Origin: Antedon mediterranea
Lineage: Eukaryota; Animalia; Echinodermata
Length of the DNA: 64,000 bases
Direction of reading: 5' to 3'
Assembly: GCF_964355755.1 (NCBI RefSeq)
Contig: NC_092672.1
Span: 32,804,437-32,868,436 of the forward strand
This document shows, in pieces, positions 1 through 13,600 of the stretch. The position numbers were made by a program, and so were the translations under genes. The notes beneath the pieces are model-generated. The model did not search any database and was not told where the DNA came from. It was given only the letters and a program-made list of their open reading frames with translations. Each line of letters begins with the position of its first letter. The first letter of the stretch is position 1.

Positions 1-1257
1 GGGTTTCTTGTAGGAGATATATGGAGAAGGGTTGATCCCTTAGCCAATTAAATACGGTGCTGCGTTTAAAAGGGTTTCTAAGCCCCCGTACATTTAAACT
101 ACATATATCTATGCTACCCATATTTATTTTTTTGTGGTTTTATTACTGTCTGCGTTATTATTATACATTTAGTTATATCAGAGAGATAATAACAATTGAG
201 ATCATAAACGTCGTTATAGATACTAGATACTAGATGCTAATTAAATACTTGCTCGTGACGTGTATGATGAGCATGCACCTGTAGCATTAAATTATGCGTT
301 AATCCCTGACATTTTACCACACTCGACAAGATCAATCGTTATCAGTCAAATGTTCAATGTGTATGTTTATAATTATTATGAAATTAGAATTTGTATAGGG
401 GAACGAAATTAGTCGAGTTTGTTGCATGCTTTCGAAAAAATAACTAAGATTTTCAAGCGCGTGCTTGAAGCTAAAATAACGAGAGCGAAGATTTCACGCG
501 CAGGGGCTAGGCCTTCGCATGTGCGCGCCGTTGTCGTAGTGTCACTATGACGACAATTAAGTAACGTAACTAAGATCTTATTCTGAGAGACTAGCCAAGC
601 TAGTAGTAGTGGTCTTAAAATGAGTGTGTAATTACGGGATACTGTACAAATGAAAGAGGTTAGTAGTTTTATTATTTTTAATATGAATATAACCAGGTGT
701 CTTTTGACATTTCTTGTCCACATAAAAATAGCCTGGATCGTCCATTTATCGTTTACTAGGCTGGAAAACGATTATTTTTATTTAATAATCATATACGAGT
801 CCTAGCTATAGCCTGGAATGTTAAATGTTCTTGGTTTTTTGCTAGACGTTTCATGTTCTTCATATTCTTAGTTTGATTGGTGATTTGAATGTCTAGGCCT
901 AGAGTGAGGCATACGGATCAAAAGTGTAATAGGCTTAGTTAGGCCTTTCTATGCCTAGTTATTAGTTATTATAGGCCTAAATCGTTGTTTTGACCCATGG
1001 AAGAATCCTGTCAATAATACATAACGTCCTAATTACATATGTTGCCAAGTAGTAGGCCTTACTTAGGCCTATGTGGGGGAATTTTTGGTGATGATCCAAA
1101 CAAACTTATTTTGATTCTCGCGGGATTTCAGCAATTATTTTACACTAAGATCACAGGTCTGATTGCAGATGAGGGCCATAAATTCCACAATTGTATTTTT
1201 TTCTAGTTCGTGATAACCTAACATCTCGATGCCTAATCAAGATTTCACAAAATATTC

Positions 1258-1974
1258 ATGCTACCAAAAAGAAACTTAGACTGGAACGAATATCTCTTTC
1301 AAGAACCAGTAGATCCTAGACCAATTGAGAAGAAGGTGTCGTTCCGTCTAGAACCAATTACAACGAACACCAGCGGGGGTCCATCTGCGTCCACAGTATC
1401 CACTCGTCCAGGCGATACTCCATCGGGAAAGCTACGATTTGGACCAATAGAACGATCAAGAATTAAAGAATTACGTAACTATAACGCATCAACAATGTTG
1501 AAAAACTTCCAACTGCCTTTAGTTTTCAGAAAGCAATTTTATCAGAACTATCCGTCAGGATTTCTCCCGCCTATTCAAAAAGTGGTTCCAGATTGCCAGC
1601 GTGCGTCTAGGTGGCGCGCGCCATTTTCAAAATCATCAAAAGTTGTCAGTATCCCGCCAGTTGAGAGAAGGGCTACTGGATTCAAAAGTTTAAAATGCCG
1701 ATTAGAAGCAAAGGGTGTGCACGTGAGCGCGCCCAAATTAGAAAATATAGAAAAATCAGACTATAGAAAATCGGACAAGAAGGCAGACGATAAGAAAGCA
1801 GAAGATAAGGCAGAAGATAAGAAAGCAGAAGATAAAAAAGTAGACGAGAAGGCAGACAATAAAAAGGCAGAAGATAGGAAACTAGACGGCAAGAAGGCAG
1901 ACGATAAGAAAGCAGACGATAAGAAGGCAGACGATAAGGCAGGAGATAAGAAAGCAGACGATACGAAGGCATGA
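1258..1974 (+). CDS. Orphan 238-aa protein: basic Pro/Arg/Ser-rich N-terminus plus a C-terminal Lys/Asp-rich pentapeptide repeat (DDKKA-like)
   Basis: 717-nt ATG-initiated ORF in AT-rich DNA. A polypyrimidine/AG acceptor (ttttttctag) ends at 1206 upstream, and AATAAA signals lie downstream (~2033, ~2163). No recognisable domain. Confidence 0.5.
   Translation: MLPKRNLDWNEYLFQEPVDPRPIEKKVSFRLEPITTNTSGGPSASTVSTRPGDTPSGKLRFGPIERSRIKELRNYNASTMLKNFQLPLVFRKQFYQNYPSGFLPPIQKVVPDCQRASRWRAPFSKSSKVVSIPPVERRATGFKSLKCRLEAKGVHVSAPKLENIEKSDYRKSDKKADDKKAEDKAEDKKAEDKKVDEKADNKKAEDRKLDGKKADDKKADDKKADDKAGDKKADDTKA
1772..1971 (+). repeat. In-frame 15-nt tandem repeat (aagaaggcagacgat-like, with occasional 12-nt units)
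   Basis: About 13 degenerate units, all length-conserving modulo 3. Confidence 0.85.
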
Positions 1975-2475
1975 GACAAAGGAAAGTCACCATTGTAAAA
2001 ACGGATAAATGTTCTTCAGATCATAATCATTAAATAAATTGCCAGCAGATATTAATATACAAAGACAATTTTATTTTATTTCTTTGTTGTGTTCACATAC
2101 AAAAACAACACAATACTACGATCTTTGTTTCACTTTTTGAAACAACTAAGCTTTGCTGTCAAAATAAATCATTAAAATAAGAATTACTCAGAATTCTGTG
2201 TTACTTTTTTCATTTAAAATGTTTAGATTAAGTTAATATTACTATTGTTACGAGTGACATTTTTCAGCTTGTGGCGCCCCATACCTGTAGAGCTAAAATA
2301 TCCATTTTGTTTATCATGGAGGAATTTCCATGTTTGATATTTACACAATTCTATTAATTATATAGACCCTTGTCTGCACATTTCCAAAACGACACTTTAC
2401 TTTACTGTAATGCAATTTCCTTAAGCCACATTCACACTTGAAATGAAACAATAGCTTTACTCTACTAAACCCTTA

Positions 2476-2597
2476 AGCTCTGTCTACACTATCAAACTAG
2501 TTTGACATAAAAAGTGTGATGTGCCTAAATACGGTAATGATATGACATCATCGTGTCCATGGCCACACCCCATTTTTTGTCACATAAAGTTTGATAG
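2476..2597. mobile_element. Palindromic MITE family A copy (PIF/Harbinger-like termini AGCTCTGTCTACAC), probably in the CSTF1 3' UTR
   Basis: agctctgtctacactatcaaactagtttgac...gtcacataaagtttgatag. The same sequence recurs at ~2868-3012, 4749-4911, 37380-37504, 38031-38150 and 60335-60488, with TAA/TTA flanks. Confidence 0.75.
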
Positions 2598-2711
2598 GCA
2601 TTATTTTTTTATGAGTTTCATTAAATTACTTTTCTCTTATGAACATACAATAACTCTTAGCATTACTATACACTTCAAAATTGAGTGAACCTAGCCTCTG
2701 GAATGTGTTTT

Positions 2712-5700
2712 CTAGTCAGAGCTTTTTACGCAGTACCAGAACCGTGCACGGTGATCATCACTGCACGTTAGTAAGCCAGGACTGGTGGGTGAATGCACCA
2801 TCATACGTACCAAGTTGTTGTGTCCTGCAAGACAATTTGTAAACAAAAATCAACACTTTTATTTGTAAAGCTCTGTCTAGACAAGCATTATGTTACAAAA
2901 CAATGTGATGTGCCCATATGGACATGATGTCATATCACTACCATATTTGGGCATATCACAACCATATTTGGGCATCACTCTTTTTTTGTTTTTTTGATAG
3001 TGTAGACAGCTTAAGATTTATAACAGATTTATTGGTATTAGTGTATTAAATGGATTGTTAAAAGGGAATGTTGACTTAGGTCACTCCATTAATCCATAAT
3101 TAAATTCATATACCAACTTGGAATAAAAATGAAATTGAGGGAAGCATTGCATGCTAAATCATTAATCATATTGTTTAAAAATATATCCAAACATAGAGGC
3201 CTCATTAGCATCTGAGTTTTGTGTACAAATATCCAGTTTAAAATGTTCATTCTAAATGATGTGGGATTGATGAGGTATTTTTTAATTAATGCTTTAGTAT
3301 AGTACTCCCAACTTTTAATTAATGTAACTCGCTTTGCTCGCGTACCATCTAGGTCATGCCCACAGATGGTTCTCAGGTGGTTAAAATCAGTACCGAAAGT
3401 ACGAACCAACTTTATATACCATCGAGCAAACATTCTAAAAGCAACGCACGATTTACCAAATTTTGCCCTTACGTAAATTTATATATAGATACCAGTATGT
3501 TAGCTTACCTAACGAGAGTAGCCTATTACGCTCTGCATTTCTCGAGTCCCAACAACATAAACTGTTTGTTCTTTCATCGGGGAAGAAAACTACAAAGAAA
3601 AGAAAGTCAAATTTGAAATTGGCTTACATAACCTACATTGCAGACTGTTTGAGTTGAATCCGAGTAGACAAGTCGTCTCAAGATTTTTTAATGAGGGTGA
3701 TCCATCCAGAAATTGCTGATCATTAGGGACCCTCAGAGGTTCACAAGACAAACATATACACAAGATGCCCTACATAAACAAAGTCTTTGGAAGTGGAGTT
3801 GTAATTTTGTCCTTAGAAAAAATCCTGACATGTGACGGGATTTGAACCCAGGACCCTTGGAGTGTTAACCAAGCATCAGAACCACCAAGCAACAACTCCA
3901 CTCTAGCGTCAGTCGTAGTTTTTAGGTCATTGGGAGAACTTTAAACATGTTAAATTTTCTCAGGACGAGGCGGTTCGCCAGGCCTTGTTGTATGATGCTG
4001 TATGGGTTAGCCTTTAGTCGACTACGTACCATAATCCTCCGTGTGATTGAACACGGCAGTTGTTCTGTGATTCTGTTTCTCGACTCCAGCACCAGTGTAC
4101 GTAATTAATGCTCTTCCTGTGGCTATCTCCCATAGTTTTACAAGCGAATCTTTACCACTAGATAAAATATACTGCAAAAAATAAAGTAATAATACTGTAT
4201 GACCAAATATAGTGCAAGATAATACTTGAGCATGGGATTGTACTCATTCCATAGGTAGCATGTTTTTATATTGTACATGGCAAAAGACATTGAAAAATAT
4301 TACAGCACGTACTCAAAAGTATGCGGGGTGAACAAGGTCAAAGCCTACGGCAACTAACGTTGGAACAAGCAGGTTTGATTTCACGCAGGCGGGGCAAACA
4401 CAATTGTTGGAAGAGCATTTCCTTACGTTGCGTCAGTTGAGTTGCTAGTGGGACCCAAGCTTAAAATAGCAAAGTTATTACCTTGGAGTTTCTTGAAAAC
4501 CTAACAGAGCAAACTTTTTCTCCTCCGTGAGCCTTATTGTAGGTGGACACACATCTGTTGCTGACACCATCCCAGATTTTGATAGCGCCATCTTTACTTG
4601 CACTAACATATAAGTTAGCTGATGGACAGTATTGTACCTGAAGAAGAATTACAATATAGTGTACAGCATCTACACAAAAGATGTTTCCTATTTCCTTTAC
4701 AATTTCTACATATACTGTTGATATGTAACAATGCCAACAATATGGTTAAGCTCTGTCTACACTATCAAACTTTATGTGACAATACAAATTTTATGTGCTC
4801 ATATATGGACATGATGATGTCATATCACTACCATATTTGGACATATCACTAACCTATTTGGGCACACCACATTTTCTTTGTCAAACTAGTTTGATAGTAT
4901 AGACAGGGCTATAGATTTTGCTGCTGTCCTTTAAGCTTGGTTCCAACTAGGACACAACGCAAGGACCTAAGCTCAAGTAGCCTGACCAATCACAAGCGAA
5001 GGATTATTCAAACAAAGTGTCACTTGCGTTGTACAGATGCATTGTTATTTTAAAGAAACAAAATAAATGTATAAAAAAACAGGTCAAAAAATACTTTTTA
5101 TCACTATATGCTGATTAACAACACCTTTGTTTTATTTAAGTTCTATATACTTGTTCTTATGTAAAAGGGTCCTACAAAAAAACGAAGCTACAGCTTTTTT
5201 ATGCAGGATCCCTGTTTTCAGTTGTACTGTAATTATGATGTACTGTAATTGATGACTAAATAAATGTGGAAAAAATTAAATGAAATTGTGTCCTAGTGGG
5301 AAACAATCTTCAGTAGCCTGATATGACACTCCTCTAACTTACTGCTGTTATGGATCCTGTGTGTTGGTCAACAGGGTTACATGACACAAAACACTGCAGT
5401 GTGTTAGCATCATACAGCCGTACTACAAAATAAATATTAATATACGGTTTAACAATTTATTTAATATGTGCAATATTAAACATTAGTAATATTATTTGAC
5501 CTGGTGTTATTTATATTAATTTATAGCATCTTTTAAAGTATAGATTGGTGGTTATCATGGCTTACGATTCCTGGGTTAAAATTCTTTTTAAATCTTAAAT
5601 TTTTTCTTACGACAAAAAAATGTAGAGCATCTTACAATGCATGTATACCTGTTTAATGAATGTATTTAGCACTGAGCATTACTTGGGGAACTAAACATGC

Positions 5701-8700
5701 CCTATTTATGGCTAGGTTTATTATCCCTATATAGTAATAATACATGATACATACACCCTTGGTTACAAGCCAGTGTGTTTTTTTAAAAAAAGGGGACAAT
5801 TCGTCATGAGCTAGAGGCTAGTTTACCTACATTAGGCATATTTACCATACTTTCATTGGGGTGATCTCTAGTGTGAAAATGGCACTTCAGAAAAAGGGGG
5901 GTTCGTTTGAACACTCGAAAAAAACAGACAACTGTTCATTTGAGGTGAATGATCAATTCCTTACATGTCGGGTGCTTTGTTCCTACAACTAGAAAATCTC
6001 CAGAAGGGTGGAAAGAAAGACATTTTATCTTCTCAGCTTCCTTAATTGTCTTGTAAGCCTTTTTCACTGATGATTTTGAATAATCATAAAGTTTAATAGT
6101 GTAGTCTTTGCTGCCAGACGCTAGAATTGGTACGCTGGGGTGAAAGTCTAGTGCTGTTACAGACTAAGAAAGCAAAAAACAGTAATTAATTAATTAATTA
6201 ATTAGTTAATTAATTAATTAATTAATTAATTAATTGGCATACAAGTAACGTAGTTTTCTAGTGGATGAAACCAGAAAATCTTCCGTAACTTTTATGTAAA
6301 ATATACTTTTATATACTAGTATAAGAATAAAAATGAGCAAATGTTTACTGCTTTCCTTGGGCATCACATATTAATTTATTTCACCATAATATATTCAAAA
6401 TGATACCTCGATAATGTACTGTATCAAGTCTTCATGGAAAAATACTTTAAAATGGAGGTTCTGTGTGCACATCGGAAGTTTTTTTGTGATGAGTGGGTTT
6501 TACCTGATTTTATATGGTTCAAATTCAGCCCCTGTTGATGGGCCTGTTTCTGCTGCATAAAAATAAACCGGTTAAAATCGGTGTGAATAAATTAACTTCA
6601 TTTTCTTGGGAGCAGAAACAGGACAAATTTGTGATAACCAGTTAAAAGGCAGCGCAAAATAACCATTTAACCGGTTATCGCTGGGCAATTTTCAGCTACA
6701 ACACGAAATAACGGTTATTTGATTGACAGCTGCTGACCCCGAGTCAACTACATGGCAATAACGTTTGAATTAACCGCCAGGACCAATTGCATTTTGGGAA
6801 ATTCTAACGATTTTTGTCAATGACCACCCATTGATTTAACCTGTTATTTTGGAGCACAAATTGAGCAGAAACGAGATCTTGTTACATTTAATCCATTTTA
6901 AAATAAATGGTTAATTTGCTTTTTGCAGCAGAAACAAACCAAGTGAGTTTATGAGAGCCTGCTGTTCAAGTAGTAGAGCTTTGTTTGCAAAAAAGATTAT
7001 CACACCAAGAATAAACAAATGACATACTTCTAAATGATCATATAATGTCCTAATAACTGGATGGCTTTCCATATTACTCTGTTGGTTGTCATTGGCAGTT
7101 GAACTTAAAGGTGCAGAACTTTTTGCAAGCATTCTCTCTACATCAAGTATCTGTAAAAAAAAAAAGTGTTCAACCCTAATTCCATCCATAAGTCCACTAT
7201 TATCTATGTATACACAAATGAATCTCCTGGTCATTCCAGTCAAGGAAAGAAACATCTACTCTTCTTTTTTTTACCTCCGCCAAGGAGGTATATGTAATCG
7301 ATCGCATGTGTTTGTCTGTTTGTTTGTTAGCAGGATTACTCAAAAAGTAATTACAAGGTCTTTACCAAAATGAATGTACAGATAGATATGTGGTCAAGGA
7401 CCATTCCATTAAATTTTGGGACCATTTCAGACCACGGTCCCAATTCTGGACCACTTTTTAGTATACTTTTCAGACCTGTTAGTGTTAAAAGATAGGACAA
7501 AATTGTTCAAAAGCCGGCGAGCAGTCTTAAAGTAACAAGTAAACTGTAATTGCATTTTCTCGAAAACTACTTGTCCAAAAAACTTCATTTTTGTACTGAT
7601 TTGTAATTTTAAAACATAATTTTATTTAATGTGCACGTTTTTTTATGCGAGTAATTTAAAAAAACCTATTTCTTTTCAGATTCAATCGTTTGATTTTCGT
7701 GTTTCTGTTCTATTGTTAGTCAACTGAAGCTATTGTTGTTGAAAGGCTTGTTACATAACCATTGCACCAAACTCGCATACACATGCTTGTAATGAAATTA
7801 GCCTAAATCACAAACAGTATTAAGACACACACAAATATATATATATATATATTTCTTATGTAGGAGAATTTTACAGTAGGCGGAGGTATGCACTCTCGGA
7901 GTGTCTTTCTAGTTTTTAAATGCATTTACAGTTTTATTAGAAAATCATCATCTGAAACATTTGAAATTGATTGATCAGAAGGAGTTTTTTTTGGAGAAGT
8001 ATTTAGACTTGGGAATGGATATACTGCTGATATGTCTTGTTAATAATAATTTCTCTACTTCAGTGGTGCATTTTCAACCTACTTTTATAGAGGCATCTTC
8101 TGAGCCAGTAGCTATCAACTGACCTGAAATTAGAAAGTCAAACAAAAGCAAATTAAAATTCTCAAATGATTATTTTTTTACATAAATACACAGATTCTTG
8201 AATACTTGATGGGTCCGGCGCCGGCAAATCTAACCGAACGTCAATGTTTCTTTTCACGCATGCATATTGATTGGCACATTGATTCGTGAATACAAGACAT
8301 TGATGTTCAATCCGCCGAACTGAAATCGTGCTGGAACAGGTGTGAAAGACAGTTTTAGGTCTGTTGTCTTACCATCAGCACTCCAAGCCGCAGCTCGGCA
8401 TGGACCTTTGTGTGCTGTCACATAGCATGTCTCGTACATGGCTGCTTCTGGGGCCGTTGTCCTGACGTCTGTGTCAAATTCCAAGTCGATACAGGAACCT
8501 GGTTCAACAGTGTCCGAGATATTCTTTGGTCTGTGAACTGTAAAAAAAAAATGTTTATGTGCAGATGAAAATAAACATAGCTCAAAACTGTATGTAATGT
8601 AATTCTATCAATCATGAATGTGTGTAGTTCAAAAAGGGGTGTAGAATCACCCACCCGTCCGTCAGGAATATTATAATAATACTATTCTTACTTACAATCG

Positions 8701-9146
8701 AGGTCGGATCGTAGACCCAACTGAACAACATGTTGCAGTTTGTTGGAAGGAGGGCAGTCAGGCACTGCAGAAATAGCTTTGCTTATCAGACCAGCTGCAT
8801 CGTGAAAACCATCATACAAAAGCTGACTATAGAAGGGAAGAACAACAATATAATACAGTAGGATTGAAAGAAAGAAACAAAAACTATGCTGAATTGGTCT
8901 AGCCTAGGCCTAGCCCTTTACAGCAGTAATGACGTCCACATGGATGGCTCCCGGCCAGACTAGGCCTAGCCAGACTGCATTGCCTTTGAATTGTGGCGGG
9001 AGCTGAGTTAAACCAGAATGAAGGGTTGGCCTAAACTCAATTGACTCAATCATCGGCCTAGAGATATCAAATACCTTTAAAACATACCTTATCATCAACC
9101 GATACATAAGCTCTCGTTCCCTTACAGAGAGAGTGCTTTCAGACAT
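2712..9146 (-). CDS. CSTF1: Cleavage stimulation factor subunit 1 (CstF-50, WD40 protein), 11 coding exons
   Basis: Exons: 9088-9146, 8696-8826, 8373-8537, 8083-8123, 7028-7150, 5965-6163, 5343-5422, 4482-4637, 4030-4171, 3509-3589, 2712-2824. All are GT-AG and phase-consistent. Peptides [77 protein letters not shown] and [12 protein letters not shown] match CstF-50. Confidence 0.97.
2868..3012. mobile_element. MITE family A copy
   Basis: aagctctgtctagac...gatagtgtagacagctt, with the core tgatgtcatatcactaccatatttgggc. Confidence 0.7.
3815..3905 (-). mobile_element. tRNA-derived segment (SINE-like head) within a dispersed repeat in a CSTF1 intron
   Basis: Minus strand has an A-box-like tgcttggtgg and a B-box ggttcaaatcc. 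Adjacent ttcacaagacaaacatatacacaagatg.cctacataaacaaa (3741-3782) recurs at ~57665-57706. Confidence 0.5.
4749..4911. mobile_element. MITE family A copy
   Basis: agctctgtctacactatcaaact...agtttgatagtatagacagggct terminal inverted repeats. Confidence 0.8.
6183..6235. repeat. (TTAA)n microsatellite
   Basis: About 13 units, one interrupted, ~20 nt from the acceptor of CSTF1 exon 5965-6163. Confidence 0.9.
7271..7914 (+). mobile_element. Non-autonomous Helentron/Helitron-type element (DINE-1/HINE-like)
   Basis: 5' TTACCTCCGCC and 3' GGCGGAGGTA subterminal inverted repeats, an internal (TGTT)n tract, a 3' hairpin cactctcggagtg and a TTTCTAGTT end, inserted in a T-run. Confidence 0.8.
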
Positions 9147-10662
9147 AATTAAACTTAGTTATTTTAACCTAAAAATGAAGGAACTTCTTCTATAGAAACT
9201 CTGCCGCACATGCACCGGTACGAAATCCGCAAACGAAAACAGTGTCTATGGAACGTCCACATATGACACGCCGATTTCGCAAATTTTCGAAAGAAAATAG
9301 ACGGATAAATATTATTATTGTCCATAATTATTAATAATTATACTATTTTCTTTACGAATGGTGTATGGTGAGCTTACTGATGATTTAAAATCGTCGTATC
9401 CAATCTACGACATTGGCATGAGATACAGACTTGCCAATACCATCTATGACAGGAATTGTCCAAATTATAGTTATTTTATTTCAATGTAAAAGTTTTATTT
9501 CAATGTAAAAGTCATACTAATAAATCTTAGTACAGTAACTGTACATGTATTCAATTTCGATTATTTCTTATATTTATTCCAGCAGCATAATATCAACAAC
9601 ACAATAGCATACAATAAAAAAAATGCTGCACATAAACACCTTCGCTGTCGAGCGATTTTTTTTTTTTTCAATGCCTGTAAATCCATACCTGTTCAGTCAT
9701 GTTGGGAACATTGTAGGCTAATGATGCAAAAATTTTAAGTAATGCGTTTTTAAAAAATGGAGTTGATCCCTTAACTTCCCCAAATCTTAGAATACCTGTT
9801 CAGTCACTGTATTCATCGTATTGTTATATATCTATCTACGTACTTGGCCCTGACACTCATCGACTATTACCGTATCCGATAACCGGAAAAATGTATGTTG
9901 GCGTTCATGGTATGATAAAAGATGTACTCTTCTTTATTCCGCTTAGTAATGTCCTGTGGTTAGTATAAACAAACCTACATCCTATAAAATTGTGGTTTCA
10001 ATTGAAGTTTTTCATTATAATTATTATTTTAAAAATATTCAGCCAAGAAGAAGGTGAGTTTTTGTTTTACTTTAGGCCTTAACCACCCCTTAAAATGTGC
10101 TCCTTATAAATAATATAACAATGAATATATAATAATAATGAATTTACCAGGAATAGAGAGCTATTCAGAGAATCGAGTAAACAGGTAATACTTTAAAATG
10201 TTCTATTCTTATTACCATTGAAACTTCGAAAATATATTATTTAAAGTATTGCTCGCATACATTTCTTAAAAACTGTTTATAACTTGTTATACAATTAATT
10301 GTATTATACATGAGAGTAGACTAAAGTTCCGTATTTGTTATGAATGATAATAAGAGCCATTTATAGCCTAACCCTCGCAATTATATAATATGCGATAGGA
10401 TTTCCTTAACATCTCTAACCGCCCCTGCCCCCTAATAATTTCCAACGAGGTTATTGTACTATTAATGTTGACATATAAATAGTATTTATAGGCCTAATAT
10501 ATAATAATAAGTTTAATTATTTTCGTTATTTTAATTTCATTTTTAATTTTATTGTAAATAATTCATGATAATTGTAGTTTGTGATGGTTCGCTGTTGGTA
10601 TTAAAAAAAGAAAGAAAACACGATTAACATATTTTCCTTGTTTTATAGTGGAAACCAAAATT

Positions 10663-13600
10663 ATGAAGCGCCCTCGATTAGATTTTATTGAAGAAGGTCT
10701 TACCAAACTATATGCCAAATATGGACGTATCATTGCCCGGTACCCGTGGCCATTTCTGATCATCCCTGTACTAGTAGCAATCGGGCTAGGATACGGAATG
10801 AGTAAATTAACTACTGTGTCTAGTGTGGAATATCTGTACACACCAGTTAATGGTCAGGCTAAGGTTGACCGTGAAATACTTGAATCTCTTTTTACGTCAG
10901 ACGATGTCGACGCTGCGTCTGTCACTCGCCTAACGCGCACCATTTTGTATTCTTTTGCTTTAATTTCAGCAAAAGAGGAAAATGGTAATACACTCTCAAC
11001 TGAAATATTTTCAGAAATTCTTACGTTACACGAAGAAATAACGAATATAACCATCACAAGTAACGGGATTGAGTATGGTTGGGAGGATCTATGCCTGGCT
11101 GTTGATGGTGAATGTCTCCCTCTGTTAGTTATCAAGGCATTTGAAGATGATGTGGATAATCTCGATAACTTAACAATAACTTATCCACTGCACGTAGATG
11201 GATCTGGAATGGAGTTCTTTCTTGGGACTGACGTTGGTGGCGTTACTTACCAATCTGATTCTGATACTCAACTCGAGCGTGCGTTCTTAGTAAAGTTGAA
11301 TTATTATCTATCCATTGACAGAAGTGTCAGAGGAGCAACTAATGTTTGGAGTGCCGCTTTTATTGATTTTCTACAGAACTACCAATCAGATTTGCTTGAT
11401 ATACGCGTGTACACGACGCGCTCGTTGGATACAGAACTTGCAAAGGTCATTGATCAGATTGTTCCAGTACTTACAATTGGCGCAAGTCTTCTAATTTCTT
11501 TTGCCGTCTTGTCGAGTAACAAACGTGACTGGGTTCAGAATAAACCACTACTTTGCCTGACTGGTGTACTATCGGCTGTTTTTGCTATAGCGTCATCATT
11601 TGGCTTGTTAAGTTACTGCGGATCAGAATTTACCGAAGTTGTGGCATGTTTACCAGTTCTTATTCTAAGTAAGTAAATAAATATAAAGTTCGTTGCGCAT
11701 AGTTAAAAATTCTTTAGTATTCCTTTGATCAGTTTTTTCATATTAGACGAGTATATTGAAGGTTATTCTTTAATTTTTGTATATATGATAATTAAAATAC
11801 GTTTATGTTTCTATTTATACAAACAATTTAAGGTTCAAATGATTCCAGAACGGGAGAAAGGAAAATGTTCCGATCGTTATAATGACACAGTTTTGTAATC
11901 TTACTAAATGATAATTAATGTTGTTTTCTAGGTATTGGAGTAGATGATATGTTTATTATGTTAGCTGCTTGGAGAAACACAAACATTCACAGCTCAGTTG
12001 AAGACCGGATGTCCAGAGCTTTTAGCGAAGCTGCCTTGTCAATAACCATCACCAGCATTACAGATGGGCTAGCGTTCGCTGTCGGTGTCTTTTCTATCTT
12101 TCCATCTGTCCGAATATTTTGCACGTACGCCGCTGTCGCTGTCGCCGCTGATTTCTTGTATCAAATAACCTTTTTCGCTGCAGCTATGGTGCTGTTCGGA
12201 TACCGCGAATCGGCCAATCGTCACTGCCTGACATTTCAGAAAGTTAAGCCGGATGATGAAGCGCCAAATCGTTGCTACAGGGTGATGTGTGCTGGGGGAC
12301 TGGCTCACGAGTCGTCAGGTAAAAACGCTCCAAGTCTAGAACAGTTTTCCCCAAGCTCACTGATGCGATTTTTTAGGGCCTGGTTTGGACCCGTCGTTCT
12401 TCACAACATATCTAAAATCGTTATATTACTTTCCTATGTTGCATATCTGGCTGGTGGGATTTGGGGAGTCTTGAACTTAAAAGAGGGTCTTGCTCCCACT
12501 AGTTTAGCTGCCGACGACTCCTATGTGAACGATTTCTACGAATATGAATATCAATATCTCCGCGAGTACGGTCCCAGTGTAATGGTAGCAATTACCGAAC
12601 CCCTCGATTATTCTGATACTACGGTTCAGGCAAACATTGAAACACTTACGTCAGACTATGAATCTCTTGATGTTATCCATTCGTCAGAATTTACCGAATC
12701 GTGGCTTCGGTACTACTTGTTGTATCTGCAGACTGCCAGCATCACTTACAGCAATAATGAAGAGTTCATCACGATATTACGTCAGCAGTTTCTGCAGGTC
12801 GCTGCGTACGCACGTTACTCACAAGATATTGTGTTCGCTGCTGATGAGAATTCTACAGAAATCATTGCGTCACGGTTTATCTTACTCTCTAAAGATATCT
12901 CAAGCACAGAAAGAGAAAGGGAATTATTGGAGCAAACACGTGACGTTTCAGAAGCCTCGCCATATGCGACATTTCCATACAACACCCTGTTTGTTTTCTT
13001 TGACCAGTACAGTGCCATTTTGCCAGCAACACTTCAAAATCTTTTTATTGCTTTAGCGGCAATGTTTATAGTGTCAATCCTTCTAATTCCAAGTCTTACT
13101 TGTTGCATCTGGGTTGTAGCGGCCATTGCATCCATTGAAGTTGGGGTTGTTGGATACATGACATTTTGGGGTGTACGTCTTGATTCTATATCTATGATCG
13201 TCATCATCTTATGCATTGGGTTCAGTGTTGATTTCTCTGCACATATCACTTACTCCTACACGGTAGCTCCTGGAAGCACTAAGGAAGACCGGATGAACAA
13301 TGCTTTGTTTCTACTAGGCATGCCCATGCTGCAAGGTGCCGTTTCAACAATTCTCGGGGTTCTTGTCCTAGCTTTCTCGGACTATTATATATTCCGTACA
13401 TTGTTTAAAACTCTGTTTTTGGTGATTGTTTTGGGGTTGTATCACGGGTTATTTGTTATGCCAGTATTATTACCAATGTTTGGACCAAGGTCTTTCAAAC
13501 TTCGAAAGTTTACTAAAAAATCAGTGAGAGGTATGAGTTTTAATTCCGAACGTGCTATACGGGCATTGCGAAAAAGAGATGATACTATACGAAGAAGTAA

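Noticed and set aside
1682-1993. Antisense ORFs with SSAFL / YRLLS repeats
   Set aside because: Reverse-strand shadows of the 15-nt repeat in ORF 1258-1974.
3815-3905. Functional tRNA gene
   Set aside because: A/B-box remnants are present but no convincing acceptor stem or cloverleaf was seen, and the segment is embedded in a dispersed repeat.
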